Source: Octopus sinensis
Lineage: Eukaryota
Length of the DNA: 64,000 nt
NCBI RefSeq assembly: GCF_006345805.1
Contig: NC_042997.1
Span: 150,226,001 to 150,290,000, forward strand
Direction: 5' to 3'
Below are positions 63,771 to 64,000 of this stretch, one piece after another. Position 1 is the stretch's first letter; each line of letters starts with the position of its first letter. A program made the position numbers and the translations under genes. The notes beneath the pieces were generated by a model. That model saw nothing but the letters and a program-made list of their open reading frames with translations, had not been told where the DNA came from and did not search any database.

Positions 63771-64000
63771 CAAGCGGTCTTAACATGCATGTGTGTGCTT
63801 CAGTACAGAGAAATAGGGAGCGTAAAGCACTAAGAAAACGTAGACAATGGTGTGGTTATAGACGTGCACACATCACAAAATATAACGGCAAAGGAGTATA
63901 CAGTAGTACAAAGATAATTAAATTCTCATACACACACACATACACACTCACAGTTATTGTTCTCCATAGGGATACAAACAGAAATGTGCAAGTAATTACT

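Overview
AT-rich, microsatellite-saturated eukaryotic DNA. The SINE families, the repeat spectrum and the low-complexity load point to a coleoid cephalopod, most likely Octopus; this is inference, not a database match. No intact host gene is recognisable, and most ORF-track entries are translations of simple repeats. Supported content: a decayed Penelope-like element (RT plus GIY-YIG, 52.7-55.2 kb); an internally deleted CR1/L2-group LINE (55.3-57.2 kb); RTE and R4/Dong LINE 3' fragments; a full-length maT (DD37D-spacing) Tc1/mariner transposon with perfect TIRs; two mariner MITEs; a tRNA-Asn(GTT) pseudogene; and many tRNA-derived SINEs of at least four families, several with clear TSDs. The most interesting signal is six minimal type I hammerhead-ribozyme-like motifs in Penelope-type terminal relics. 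One is fused behind a Pol III tRNA head, giving a candidate ribozyme-bearing SINE that may be mobilised by Penelope. All six carry core deviations in this window, so activity is unproven. A few low-confidence exon candidates and a C/A strand skew hint at a very large minus-strand host gene.
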